Below, piece by piece: positions 53,847 to 64,000 of a stretch of 64,000 bases of DNA. The notes beneath the pieces were generated by a model that was not told the origin of the DNA, did no database searches, and saw nothing but the letters and a program-made list of their open reading frames with translations. This DNA is from an uncultured Gemmataceae bacterium. Its GTDB lineage: Bacteria; Planctomycetota; Planctomycetia; Gemmatales; Gemmataceae. Position 1 is the first letter of the stretch, and each line of letters opens with the position of its first letter. A program made the position numbers and the translations under genes. The stretch covers positions 2,912,001-2,976,000 of the forward strand of contig CAVVPN010000003.1 of assembly GCA_963750165.1 (NCBI GenBank), given 5' to 3'.

Positions 53847-56251
53847 TCACAGCCACCAGCTCAGCAGCCAGCTCAGCAGTCCGCCCTTACCGCCTTTCGG
53901 CCCGGCCAACGAGCCCTTGGTCGAGGGCGGTTGCACGGACGCCGTCGGCCTGGGAGGCAGCACCGGTTTGGTCTCCCCGGCGTCGGGCTCGGGGTCCGCC
54001 TTGTAGTAGCCGTCGCCGTCCTCCTCCTCGGTCTCCTCGTAGCTCTCGGTGTAGTCGTATCGCTCGGCGCTGTAGAGGCCGGGGCCGCCCTGGCGGGTGA
54101 TGCCGTTGACCACGACGCCGAAGACCTTGACGCCCAGGCTGCTCAGGATTTCGCGGGCGCGCTCCGCCTTGGGCCGGGCCTCGCGCGTCAGGCGAATCAC
54201 CAGGAACAGGCCATCGACGCGCGCCGCCACCACGCACGGATCGGTGACCGCCAGCAGCGGCGGCGTGTCCACCAGCACATAGTCGTAGGCGTCGCGCAGG
54301 CCGTCGAGCAGTTCCTGGAAGCGCGGCGTCGTGAGCAGTTCCGCGGGGTTGGGACGAACCGGCCCGGCCGGCAGCAGGTCCAGCCCCGGGACGCAGGACC
54401 GTTGCACTGCCGCCTCGAGTTCGACCTCGCCGGCGAGCACGTTGGTCAGGCCGACGGGGGCGGACAGACCGAAGATCTTGTGCTGCCGCGGCCGCCGGCA
54501 GTCCGCGTCGATCAGGATGACCTTCTTGCCCGACTGGGCGATAGACACGGCCAGATTGGCGATCATCAGGCTCTTGCCGTCGCCCTTGGTCGGGCTGGTG
54601 ACCTGGATGATCTTGCGGCCCTCGTCCTGGGTGCTGAAGAACAGGGCGGTGCGCACGGCCCGGTAGGACTCGGCCTCGACCGACATGGAGTTGTAGTGCG
54701 AGACCAGCAGTGGGTCGGCGGTCGCCTCGCCGGCAGCGACCTGGCGGACCGCCTCGGCGTTCGGCTTGAGGAACGGGATGTGGCCGACCAGCGGCAGCCC
54801 GAGCCGCAGCCGCACCTCCTCGGAACTACGGAAGCCGCGGTCGGAGTACTCCGCCAGGTACGCCAGGCCGACGCCCGCGAAGCCGCCCAGGAAGAACCCC
54901 GCCAGGAGCGTCATCATCAGGTTCGGCGCCACCTGGCCGCCCGGGCCCGGCCGCGACAGCACCTGGGCGTTGAAGCCACCGACATCCTTGGTGAGGCTCA
55001 TCTCGGTCAGCCGCTTGACCGTGGCCTTGTGCAGATCCTCCAGCTGGACGATGTTGCGCGCAGATGCGACTCCTCCGCCTCCAGACTGCTCATCGCCCGG
55101 GCTTCCTTGTTGAGGTCGTTCAGGACTTCTTCCAGCGATTTGTGCAGGGCCGTCACTCGCCCCAGTTCGTGCCGCAGCGTGGCCAGGTAGCGCTGCACGG
55201 GGTCCAGGGGTTGGCTGTCCGCCTGGTCCCCCTTGCGGTGGGTGCCCTGGGACTTCTCGTACAGTTCCTTGAGTTTCTCCATCTGGCGGGTGACCGAGAT
55301 CACGGCGGGGTGGTCGTCGCTGTAGCCCTGCTCGGTCCGCAGTTTGATTTCCTGCTGGCGGAGGGGCCACAGAATCTCGTCCAGGCTTTTCTGCTCCCCG
55401 GCGGCCGTCTTGCCCTCGTTCAGGTTCTGCGTGGCCACCACCAGGGCCTCCCGGTAGCGCTTCGCCTTGAGATCCTCCTCCAGCGCCGTGATCTTTCCGC
55501 GCAGTTCCGCCCGGCTCTTCAACAGCACTGTGCGCTGGCTTTCGATTTCGTGGAACCGCTCCTGGGGGATGCTGACTCCGTCCTTGTTCAGCCACAGCTG
55601 GTGATTGTTTTTCCGGAAGATTTGATACTTGGTCCGGGCTTCGTCCAGGTCCTTTCTGAGGTGCTCGCGGGCCTGGGTGATGAGGTTGAGCGTCTGGTCG
55701 TTGGCACTGAGGTAAGCCTGATCGAGGAACTCGCGGTAGGTTTCGATCAGGGCGTTGAGGACACGCGGGCAGTCGTCCGACACCGGGCCCTTGAAGGACA
55801 TGTTCAGGATGTTGCTGGGGCCGGAGGAACCGTCCTTGGGGTTGTCCCGGGCGACGAACAGGCCCGCGGCGATGGCCCCCACGGGCTCGCGGTTCTCGAA
55901 CGACTTGAGCGTGTGCAGCTCAAACTTCTTGACGGACTTCTCGATAATCAGCGGACTCTGAATCAATTGCACGTGCGTGGCCAGGTAGTCCTCCATGAAG
56001 GCGGCGCCCGGGTTGGTGCCGAAGATGGGCAGCATCCTGTCGTGGTTTTTCTTGATGACCAGCACCTTCGCGCCGGTCTGGTAGACCGGCGCTTGCTGGC
56101 TGAAGAACAGCGCGCCGATCACCAGGCCGGCCGCGGCCCCGATGACGATAAGGGCCTTGCGCCGCCACAGAATCTGCCCCAGGCCGCGCGACAGGGACGC
56201 GGCGTTCGCGGGCGGGGCTTCGTCGTCCGACCACTGCTCGGAGTGTGCCAC
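53847..56251 (-). pseudogene. wzc: Wzc-like polysaccharide copolymerase/tyrosine autokinase with a frameshift near 55060
   Basis: N part: LWRRKALI, PVYQTGAKVLV, YSDDHPAV. C part: AESYRAVRT, TSPTKGDGKS, LIDADCRRP, VLVDTPP, Tyr-rich tail. Confidence 0.9.
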
Positions 56252-56305
56252 GGCGTTTCCTTTCGGGACCACGGGGACCGTGCGAATCGGGGTGAGTGCA
56301 ACGGC

Positions 56306-57793
56306 TCAGGCCGGCTCCGCAACCAGGGCGGCAGCGGCGGGGGAACTGCCACAGGCCAAACTGGCGATGACGCTCTCAAAATCCTCGACCGCCCGGGTGA
56401 TCGTGGCGATCTTGGCCCACACCGGTTGGCTGTCCGGCAGGCCGGCGAGTTCCAGCCGGCCGACGATGCTGCCCAGCGCGGTGATCGGGATGGCGGCCCG
56501 CCACAGGCTCGGCACCTCGCCGTCCTCGTGGGCGCGGTCCCAGCGGGCGTGATAGCCCTCATGCAGGGCCGGGGCGTTCACGTCCAGGCACAATTGCTGC
56601 AAATTCAACTGCTCGGCCGCCGCGGTCAGTGTCGTCCACAGTCCGCGCCAGTCGGCGTTGCCCTGCAACCGCACCTCCAGTTGGCGGGCCCGGCCGTGGA
56701 TGCTGGGGCTGAACAGCACACGCCCGAAGGCCAGCAACCGCGTCTTGACCAGCAGCGCCTCGGCGTGGCCGAACAGCCGCGTGGTCAACAGGATGCCGAT
56801 CACCGCCAGGCCCGTGACCAGGGCGATCCACTCGTTGTTGAACGCCTGGCTGGCGAGCACACTCAGGCCGGTGACCAGGCAGAACCCCGACACCAGCAGC
56901 AGCACCGCCCACACCGACATCCCGCGACGCAGCAGGCAGTGGTGCAGGTGGCCGCGGTCGGTGGCGTAAATGCTGCGGCCGGTGAGTTTGCGACGCAGGA
57001 TGGCGGCCGCCGTGTCCGCGATGGGCAACGTGAGCAGCACCACCGGCAGGGCCAGGGCGATGGTGGCCGGGGCCTTGAGCGAACTCTGGATGGCCAGGGT
57101 GCCCACTACCAGCCCGATCAACATGCTGCCCGAGTCGCCCAGGAAGATGCTCGCCGGCGGCAAGTTGTAGCGGAGGAAGCCGAGCAGGCCGCCCGCCAGC
57201 GCGCTGGCCACGGTCGCCGCGGCCCAGTGGCCGGCCAGGGCCGCCATCGCCGCCAGGGCCAGGCAGATGATGCCGGCCAGGGTGCCCAGCAGCCCGTCCA
57301 TGCCATCAATCAGGTTCAGGGAGTTGACCGCCCCCAGCAGCAGGAAAGCGGTGAAGGGCACGGCCAGCAGCCCCAGGTCGGTGCGGTAGCCGAACACCTG
57401 GATGTGCTGGACCAGCACCCCAGCGCCGATGAGCACGCCGACCGCCAGGCACTGGCCGACCAACTTGTGCCGGCCGCGTAACCGGCCGAGATCGTCCGCC
57501 ACGCCGACCGCACAAATGATCGCCACCGCCAGGAACAACCCCAGCAGAAACGGGGCCTGTGCCCGCAGCGCGTCCTGGTGTTCGTGGGGCACGAGCAGGG
57601 CGCCGGCCAGGGTAAGCGTGGTCGCGGCCAGGATGGCCAGGCCGCCGGCCAGGGGGACAGCACGGGCGTGGATTTTCCGCCGCCCGTCGGGGCGGTCCAC
57701 CAGGCCGAAGCGCTCGGCCAGGACGCGGACGGCCGGCACCAGAACCAGGCACAGCAGACAACTCGATCCCAGGATGTAGAGCAACGCGGTCAT
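56306..57793 (-). CDS. WecA/TagO-like undecaprenyl-phosphate sugar-1-phosphate transferase (MraY family)
   Basis: VDRPDGRRKIH..PLAGG, GVADD, NSLNLIDGMDGL, YNLPPASIFLGDSGS, DRGHLHH. Confidence 0.93.
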   Translation of the reverse strand: MTALLYILGSSCLLCLVLVPAVRVLAERFGLVDRPDGRRKIHARAVPLAGGLAILAATTLTLAGALLVPHEHQDALRAQAPFLLGLFLAVAIICAVGVADDLGRLRGRHKLVGQCLAVGVLIGAGVLVQHIQVFGYRTDLGLLAVPFTAFLLLGAVNSLNLIDGMDGLLGTLAGIICLALAAMAALAGHWAAATVASALAGGLLGFLRYNLPPASIFLGDSGSMLIGLVVGTLAIQSSLKAPATIALALPVVLLTLPIADTAAAILRRKLTGRSIYATDRGHLHHCLLRRGMSVWAVLLLVSGFCLVTGLSVLASQAFNNEWIALVTGLAVIGILLTTRLFGHAEALLVKTRLLAFGRVLFSPSIHGRARQLEVRLQGNADWRGLWTTLTAAAEQLNLQQLCLDVNAPALHEGYHARWDRAHEDGEVPSLWRAAIPITALGSIVGRLELAGLPDSQPVWAKIATITRAVEDFESVIASLACGSSPAAAALVAEPA

Positions 57794-58090
57794 CTCGAAA
57801 AATCCTCCCCGCGAATCCGAACCAGTCTGACGGGTAGCGCACCCCTGCGGGCTGGCGCCGGCCAGGTCAGACGGAGAGGCAGTCGGGGGTTCGGTGGCCT
57901 GTCGGTTGCGAGCGTGAGGGACGCTGGACCAGGCGATTACATTCGGGGCGGTTGCCGCGCGGACTCCGTCCCCGTCGGTTGCACAGCCTGCGCGACCGAT
58001 CGGCGATCTCTCTCTGGGCTACGGTTGCAAGACGGCTGGAAATCAGGCGATCAACAACAGCGGCAGCGATTCGTCTCAGGGCAGATCAGC

Positions 58091-58654
58091 TCAGTCGAAC
58101 ACTTTCACCAGTCCCACGTCGTCCAGCAGCACGGAGGCGCCGCGCTGGATGAAATCCACGCGCACGAGAAACCGCCGGCCCGAGACGGACTGGATGATGG
58201 TGCCGCGCAACCCGGTCAGGGGACCGCTGCGGATTTCCACGGGCGTCCCCGGCAACAGCTGCCCTTCGGGCGTCAGTGGCGCACCGCTGGCGATCAACCG
58301 CTGGATTTGCCAGAGGTCGCGCCAGAGGCCCTCCTGGTCGTTCACCTCAAGCGCTTGCACGACCCGGCCCGTGTTGAGGGCCGCCAGGCGTTCCTCGCGG
58401 GTTCCGAGCAGGAACAGGTAACCGGGGAACAGGGGTAGATGGGAGAGGACGGTGCGGGAGCGCACCCGAACCTGCCGCGCAATCAGCGGCAGAAAGAACG
58501 GCATCTCGCCCGTGTGCAGGTGGTGAGCCAGGCGTTTTTCCTGGCGCGGGCGGGTGTGCAAGGCCCACCAGGAGCGCTCGGCCAGCTCCAGCGGTCGGAC
58601 CTCGTCGAACAGGAACTCCGGATAGAGTGCGGGTTCGGCGGCCAATATAGGCAT
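58091..58654 (-). CDS. NusG paralogue (RfaH/UpxY-like antiterminator) heading the EPS operon
   Basis: WWALHTRPRQEKRLA, FFLP, PLFPGYLF, KOW motif GTPVEIRSGPLTGLRG. Confidence 0.9.
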   Translation of the reverse strand: MPILAAEPALYPEFLFDEVRPLELAERSWWALHTRPRQEKRLAHHLHTGEMPFFLPLIARQVRVRSRTVLSHLPLFPGYLFLLGTREERLAALNTGRVVQALEVNDQEGLWRDLWQIQRLIASGAPLTPEGQLLPGTPVEIRSGPLTGLRGTIIQSVSGRRFLVRVDFIQRGASVLLDDVGLVKVFD

Positions 58655-59083
58655 CACTGCATCCCTGGTGTAAATTCATCGGTGAAGCACAAACACACGG
58701 CAGGTCGAGCGGTGGGAAGGCGAAGCTGCGTTACTCGGACTCGAAGCTCCGCTTCGCACCATCCCCCACCCCATGGAAATATATCCAGAAAGGGGGAACT
58801 GGGTAGTGGGAGGAAATCTAACCGCCCCATGTGAAGCCCGAATGCCAGAAATGTGAAAAATTCGTGAAGGCCAACGCTTCCCTAAATCAAGGATCAATAC
58901 GCCCGTTCACATACAACAAATGCCCACTTCTTTGGCCGCAGAGACGGTAGCGGTTTCCACAATCACTGCCAATTTTGTTAATTTTCCTCACAATCTTCAT
59001 CCAGGCAGCGACCGGGCCGCGTATCATACCCCCTTGACATTTTTTTCATACCACTGGGTGGACATCCCATGAGGAGGGCCGCG

Positions 59084-60039
59084 ATGAGAAGGACCGGCTT
59101 CACGCTGATTGAGTTGTTGGTGGTGATTGCCATCATCGCCATCCTGATCGGCCTGCTGCTGCCCGCTGTCCAGAAGGTCCGCGAGGCCGCCACCAATTCG
59201 CAGTGCCGCAACAACCTGCACCAGCTGGGCGTGGCGGCACACAACTACCACGGCGTCTACAAGCGCTTCCCGCCGGCGGTGAACCTCCCCCCCAAACGGC
59301 CCCTGCCGGCTGGCCGGTAGCCCCCCTGGGGTCGAACCGGTGGACCAACTTGCACATCCTCCTGCTGCCCTACATCGAGCAGGACAACCTCGTGGGCACC
59401 GGGTTCGTCGATAACATCGCCAACCCCCAATACACCAACTGCGCCACACCGAACTCGCTCGGCGCCCAGGTGGTGAACGCCTACATCTGCCCTGCGGAAA
59501 GTCTGCTGCCCCCCTACACCGGCGTCTACAGCGGCGCGACCTTCGCCCTGACCACCTACGGCGGTTGCTCGGGCACTTCGGCGACCAACCCGGGCGGCAA
59601 CACGAGCGGAACGATGAACCTGCAGAACGGCGTCTTCTTCATCAACAGCAGTGTGCGCCTCACCGACATCCGCGACGGCACCAGCCAGACGTTGATGTTC
59701 GGCGAGCGCTCCCGGCTGAACCTGCCCGCGACCAGCACTTCCGAGGTGCTCGGCGGCTGGGCATGGGTCAACGCCTACGCCCTGGAAGACAACTGCATGA
59801 ATACGTCGTCCCCCATCGAAGGCGGTCAGGGGTGCAACCCGACGACTTACCTCTGCCCGGACGGGGTCACGCGTGACCTCAATCAGTTCGGCAGCCAGCA
59901 TTCCGGCGGCAACACCACCAACTTCTGCTTTGCCGACGGCTCGATTCACACCCTGCAGAAGTCCATCAGCATCGTTGTTTACCAGCAGCTCTCGGCCATC
60001 AAGGACGGGAATGTGGTGGACCCGACCCAATATGATTGA
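59084..60039 (+). pseudogene. DUF1559 prepilin-like protein with a frameshift in the C7 run (59287-59293)
   Basis: [17 protein letters not shown]..., continuing in another frame as LLPYIEQDNL, DIRDGTSQT..GE, HSGGNTTNFCFADGS. Confidence 0.9.
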
Positions 60040-60478
60040 CCCGCGCCGCACCGCGACCCTGATTTCGGGTCTCGTCCTGTTCGGGCTCCTGGCCGGTTGC
60101 TCCGGTCAGCAGCCCGAATTGGCGGAGGTGCGCGGCAAGGTCACCCTGAACGGCGCGCCCTTGAAAGACGTGATGGTCGTCTTCTACCCCGACACGGAAG
60201 TGAACGCCAGGGGGCAGGTCTTCCGCGGCAAGACGGACGCCACGGGCGCCTACACCCTGACCACCGCGACCGGCCAGCCCGGCGCGATGGTTGGGAAATA
60301 TCGCGTGATCGTCCAGGTGCCCACGCCCGAACGACCCCCGAACTGGGAGAAGTCCACCACGCCGACGCCCAAAGTCGTGGCGATCCCGCTGAAATACACC
60401 GTCGTGAGCGACACACCGCTCCGCGTCGAGATCAAACCAGGCGGATCCCAGACCATCGACTTGCCGCTGCAACCGTAG
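60032..60478 (+). CDS. Lipoprotein typical of DUF1559 neighbours
   Basis: Lipobox LLAGC, VRGKVTLNGAPL, TDATGAYTL, GKYRV, IPLKY..TPL. Confidence 0.87.
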   Translation: MIDPRRTATLISGLVLFGLLAGCSGQQPELAEVRGKVTLNGAPLKDVMVVFYPDTEVNARGQVFRGKTDATGAYTLTTATGQPGAMVGKYRVIVQVPTPERPPNWEKSTTPTPKVVAIPLKYTVVSDTPLRVEIKPGGSQTIDLPLQP

Positions 60479-60498
60479 CTGACCGCCTGAGGCGTTTG

Positions 60499-60573
60499 GC
60501 GAGCGGCGCGGCGTCAGGCCGCCGTGTGCGCCAGGTGCTGGCGCACACGGCGGCCTGACGCCGCGCCGCTCGC
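60499..60573. repeat. REP-like palindrome, family A copy
   Basis: GCGAGCGGCGCGGCGTCAGGCCGCCGTGTGCGCCAG...CTGGCGCACACGGCGGCCTGACGCCGCGCCGCTCGC. Confidence 0.88.
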
Positions 60574-60588
60574 TTAAACCGAAACGCC

Positions 60589-60626
60589 AGGGGCCTCCCG
60601 CGATCCGTAGACCGCGGGAGGCCCCT
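60589..60626. terminator. Hairpin downstream of the PEP-CTERM gene
   Basis: AGGGGCCTCCCGCG...CGCGGGAGGCCCCT. Confidence 0.65.
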
Positions 60627-60654
60627 TGATGTTTTCAGCAGTCCGGGGAGAGGG

Positions 60655-61314
60655 TCACTCGGCGGCCGCCGGCGTTTGCTTGCGGGACCAGCGGCGGCGC
60701 AGCACGCCGGCACCGAGGCCCGCCGCGGCCAGGCCGCCCAGCAGCAGTGACCCCGGCTCGGGCACGGCGGTGACGGTGATGACCGCGCTGGAGTTGGCGA
60801 TCATGCCGTCGAGCACCGTGCCGTCATTCAGCACGTTATTGTCGAACGGCGCCGGGTGCGGCTGCGCCGTCAGAGTCACCGTCGTGCCCGCCGACACCCC
60901 CGTGAAGTTGAACGTCCCCAGCAGCACCGCTCCCGTGTTCGGTCCGGTCGTCGGCGCGAACACCGGCCCGCTGGCCACCTGCTGCTCATTCAGGCTGGCC
61001 GTGCCCGTCCCCACGCTCGTCTGACTCGTGTTGAACGCCGGGTTCGGCGTGATCGCCGCCGCGTTCGGCACATTGGCGATCGCCTGGTTGAAGTTCAGGG
61101 CCACGCCGGCGGACGTCAGCCCGGAGGCCGTCAACCCGGTGGCGCCGTTCGTCTGCATCAGGTAGACCTCGACGCTCACCGTCGAGCCCTGCGCGACCGT
61201 GAAGCTGTTCGCATAGGTACCGGTGGAGTCGGCGAACACGAAGGAGTAATCGGCGGCGGCCCGGCCCGGTAGGAGGGTCAGGGCTGCGATCAGGATCACG
61301 GAACGGATGCGCAT
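60655..61314 (-). CDS. PEP-CTERM sorting domain protein
   Basis: Signal peptide; C-terminal AVPEPGSLLLGGLAAAGLGAGVLRRR. Confidence 0.92.
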   Translation of the reverse strand: MRIRSVILIAALTLLPGRAAADYSFVFADSTGTYANSFTVAQGSTVSVEVYLMQTNGATGLTASGLTSAGVALNFNQAIANVPNAAAITPNPAFNTSQTSVGTGTASLNEQQVASGPVFAPTTGPNTGAVLLGTFNFTGVSAGTTVTLTAQPHPAPFDNNVLNDGTVLDGMIANSSAVITVTAVPEPGSLLLGGLAAAGLGAGVLRRRWSRKQTPAAAE

Positions 61315-61506
61315 CAGAAGTATCCTCACGGGGTCAGGAATCTCGGGTCCACACTCACGCAGGCCCGGCCGCCGGCACACTACCGATTTATGGCGCGGGC
61401 TCTTCGGGGTCCAGGCCCCGCTTCGGGCATTTCTTTTTGAGCCCGCAGCGCCAGCGAGGATCCCGCGCTGGTGCTGCGGGCTCAAGAACATCAAGGCGCT
61501 GCGGTA

Positions 61507-64000
61507 TCACGCGGGCAGTTGCGTGAACAGGCGGTTAATCAGCTGGGTCTGGTCCAGCGTGTTGCCCACGTCGATGTTGCCGTCCTCATTGTAGTCCAGA
61601 TACCACTGGTACGAGTTCAGCGTCGCCGCCGCCCCCGTCGGGTTGGTTACCGCCGTCAGGCCGCTCGTCGGCGCCATGTACGTGAACGTGTTGCCGTTCA
61701 CCGACAGGATCACGAACGAGCCGTTGTACCCCGCCGGCAGACCCACGATATTCACGATCTCGCCCATCAGGAAACCACTCGGCCCGTTGGTCGTGATCGT
61801 CACCGTGTTGTTCGACTCGCTCGCCGCCGTGATCCCCGCCGTCATCCCACTGGTTTCCTGGGTCACGCCGTTCACCGTGCGGAAGTTCGTCGTGTCCACA
61901 CCATCCACCTGCCGCCGCCCCTCCGTGTCGCCGAACAGCCGCCAGAACTCGTCCACCTGGTTGACACCGTTGCCGTTGAGGTTGCCGGTCCCGCTTGTCG
62001 TGCTGCCGCTCATGCCGTTTTTGGCACCGTCCAGCAGCACCGCACTATTGCTGGCGGCGCTGATGTCGGCCACCTTCGTGTTCAGGAAGTAGTTGCCGTC
62101 CACCAAGCCGACCGTCAGCGTGTTGCCGAACTGGTCCAGGTACGGCGTGATGAAGTTGAACGTGTGCGTCGCGTCGGCGTTGAAGGTGACGAACAGTTGC
62201 GTCGCTCCGCTGTCCGGCACCGGGCCGCTGGCCCCCTCCGTGGTCGCCCCGGTGCCCGGGTCGCTGACGTTGATGCTCAGCGGGTTGCCCGACGCATCCT
62301 TGAGCACGAAGTCGCTCGCCAGATCGACGATGTTCACCGGCGTGCTGAACGTCAGCGTCAGCTCCGCCACCTGCGAGTGCTGGTTGGAACTGTCGTCGTT
62401 CACCGCCACCGTCAACTGCGGCGCCCAGTCGTTCGGCCCGCCGATGCTGTTCAGCGGCTGTCCCGCGAACGCCGTGCTGTTCGGGCTCCCCAGGAAGAAC
62501 ATGCCGCTGCTCGGCGTGCCGGTGACCACGCTGCCCAGCCAGTCGGCGCCGCTGCTGCCGGTGTTCTGGGCGATGCGGCCCACGTAGTTCGCCACCCAGG
62601 TGCCCGTGTTCACCACGTTCGAGCCCGCCAGCGTCGTGCCGGTCGCCCCCGTCGGCTTGAAGGTGATCGCCGCATACGCGTGGCTGGTGCTGGCGCTGTC
62701 CAGGATGCCCACCGAGTCCAGCACGTTCCAGCCGTTGTACGCCGATGTCTGGTTGCTCGGGTTGCCAGTGTTGGCCGGATCAATGTTCGTCGTCGTCGTC
62801 GGCGCCGTCGGCGTCTGAATGAGCAGGAAGCTCTCCGCCCCCGTCAGGATGTCGGTGGCCAGCTGGCCGCTCGGCCGGGTGCTGCCGGTATGCACGCCAG
62901 TGACCGTGCCGAACTTGCTCGTGTTACCGCTGCCGAACCCGACCCCCGTACCGCTGTTGTCCAGCTGGTTGCCACCGGCCACCTCAAAGCCGCCGCTGCT
63001 GTACTTCTCGTTCTTCTGCAGCAGCGCCAGGTAGCCGTTGCTGCCGGTCGTGAAACCGCTCAGGTTGAAGATGTCGGCCACCACACCCGCGGCCGGCGTG
63101 CTGCCCGAGACCCCGTTGATGCCCGTCAGGTACACGCCCGGCGGGATGGTGTAGCTGGGCACCGTCGAGAAGACCTCGATGTACTGGCTGGGGTTGGTCG
63201 TGTTGCCCTTGAGCGTGTCGATCTCACTCAGGAACAGGCCGACCACGGTGATGCTCGTGGAGCGGACATCCGTCAGCGAGCCGCCGTAGCCGCTGTTGCC
63301 GTTGTCGGTGGTGCTCACCGTCAGCGTCGCCGTGCCGAAGAAGCCGGGGCCCGGCGTGTACACCAGGCTGCTGAGCGTGTTCGTGATGTCGCTCGGGCTG
63401 CCGGTGATGACCAGCGGCTGCGTGCCGCCGCCGCTGACCATGGCCTGGCCGCTGGCCGCTGCCGTCAGCGTGCCCACCGGGCCGCTCGAGGTGCCCGCCG
63501 GCGAACCGGTCAGGGTCAGCGTCGTCGTCTCGGGGGAGCCGCTCGCGGTGTAGTCGCTGTCGGTCACGATGATGGCGTCGCCAGTGGCTGACGAGAAGGC
63601 CACGGTGTTGGGCGTAACCGTCTGCAGGCCGGCGTGGGCCGCCGGGTTGAACAGCGCCTCCGGGATGACCGCCGGCACCGGCAGGCTGGCGTAGGGCGGC
63701 TGGTTGGGCTGCACCACGATGTTGAGGTTGCCATCCACGCCGGTCACGAACACGGGGTTGCTGCCGGTGCCCTGCGGCGCCGGCGTCAGCGTGATGGCGC
63801 CGTTGTCGTCGTAAACCGCGGTCGTGGTCGTGGTGTTGTTGCTGTCGGTGTAGGACTGCAGGATGTACAGCGGGATGCTACCGCTGGCCGAGCCATTGAC
63901 CGCGAAGGTGATCTGCAGCACTGCCCCGACCTGGCCGCCGCTGACCGCCGCCTCGTTGGCGGTGAACTCGCTGGTGCGCAGCACGCCGTTGGTGTTATCC
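61507..64000 (-). CDS. Large secreted Ser/Thr/Gly/Asn-rich surface protein, 5' end outside the window
   Basis: Cadherin-like LVYTPGPGFFGTATLTVSTTDNGNSG; lamin-tail-like LFLSEI..QYIEV; planctomycete C-terminal QHSQV..FWRLFGD..LDYNEDGNID. Confidence 0.85.
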   Translation of the reverse strand, partial: DNTNGVLRTSEFTANEAAVSGGQVGAVLQITFAVNGSASGSIPLYILQSYTDSNNTTTTTAVYDDNGAITLTPAPQGTGSNPVFVTGVDGNLNIVVQPNQPPYASLPVPAVIPEALFNPAAHAGLQTVTPNTVAFSSATGDAIIVTDSDYTASGSPETTTLTLTGSPAGTSSGPVGTLTAAASGQAMVSGGGTQPLVITGSPSDITNTLSSLVYTPGPGFFGTATLTVSTTDNGNSGYGGSLTDVRSTSITVVGLFLSEIDTLKGNTTNPSQYIEVFSTVPSYTIPPGVYLTGINGVSGSTPAAGVVADIFNLSGFTTGSNGYLALLQKNEKYSSGGFEVAGGNQLDNSGTGVGFGSGNTSKFGTVTGVHTGSTRPSGQLATDILTGAESFLLIQTPTAPTTTTNIDPANTGNPSNQTSAYNGWNVLDSVGILDSASTSHAYAAITFKPTGATGTTLAGSNVVNTGTWVANYVGRIAQNTGSSGADWLGSVVTGTPSSGMFFLGSPNSTAFAGQPLNSIGGPNDWAPQLTVAVNDDSSNQHSQVAELTLTFSTPVNIVDLASDFVLKDASGNPLSINVSDPGTGATTEGASGPVPDSGATQLFVTFNADATHTFNFITPYLDQFGNTLTVGLVDGNYFLNTKVADISAASNSAVLLDGAKNGMSGSTTSGTGNLNGNGVNQVDEFWRLFGDTEGRRQVDGVDTTNFRTVNGVTQETSGMTAGITAASESNNTVTITTNGPSGFLMGEIVNIVGLPAGYNGSFVILSVNGNTFTYMAPTSGLTAVTNPTGAAATLNSYQWYLDYNEDGNIDVGNTLDQTQLINRLFTQLPA

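Noticed and set aside
58943..58952. ops-like GACGGTAGCG near the NusG paralogue
   Set aside because: Imperfect and on the wrong strand for the minus-strand operon.
59034..59039. TTGACA upstream of the second DUF1559 gene
   Set aside because: No plausible -10 at 16-18 nt spacing.

Overview
GC-rich bacterial DNA, most likely from a Gemmataceae-like planctomycete. This is inferred from the DUF1559, DUF1501 and DUF1549/1553 genes, a TIGR03000 domain, a PVC-type CxxCH protein and LEGRWVP secretion motifs. 1-12240: a minus-strand type I-E CRISPR-Cas locus (WYL regulator, frameshifted cas3, 68-aa ORF, cas8e-cas11-cas7-cas5-cas6e-cas1-cas2, leader, 16 visible repeats), bounded on the right by a 3' fragment of tRNA-Leu(CAA) that looks like an att site. 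Main finding: a degenerate repeat-spacer-repeat unit (7009-7100) between cas3 and cas8e. Its spacer matches a site next to an AAA PAM that overlaps the -35 box of a near-consensus sigma70 promoter about 300 bp away, with mismatches at exactly positions 6 and 12 of the first 15. That promoter drives the 68-aa ORF, the mini-array and probably the Cascade operon, making this a candidate RNA-guided autoregulation or CRISPR-controlled toxin-antitoxin circuit. 12.3-36.2 kb: mostly core genes (mug, ATP-grasp, groEL/groES, csrA, hutG/hutI, ndk, queE, PPIase, D-aminoacylase, PIN toxin-antitoxin pair, DUF1501/DUF1553 pair split by an inverted-repeat-flanked GxxExxY gene, large PVC cytochrome c protein) with many palindromic intergenic repeats. 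36.3-64 kb: exopolysaccharide and surface region (GT4s, O-antigen ligase-like, wza, CpsB, wzc, WecA-like, NusG paralogue, beta-helix proteins, ECF sigma factor, two DUF1559+lipoprotein pairs, PEP-CTERM protein, partial large secreted protein). At least seven frameshifts, several in homopolymer runs, may be assembly errors. All product calls come from motif recognition; no database search was run.
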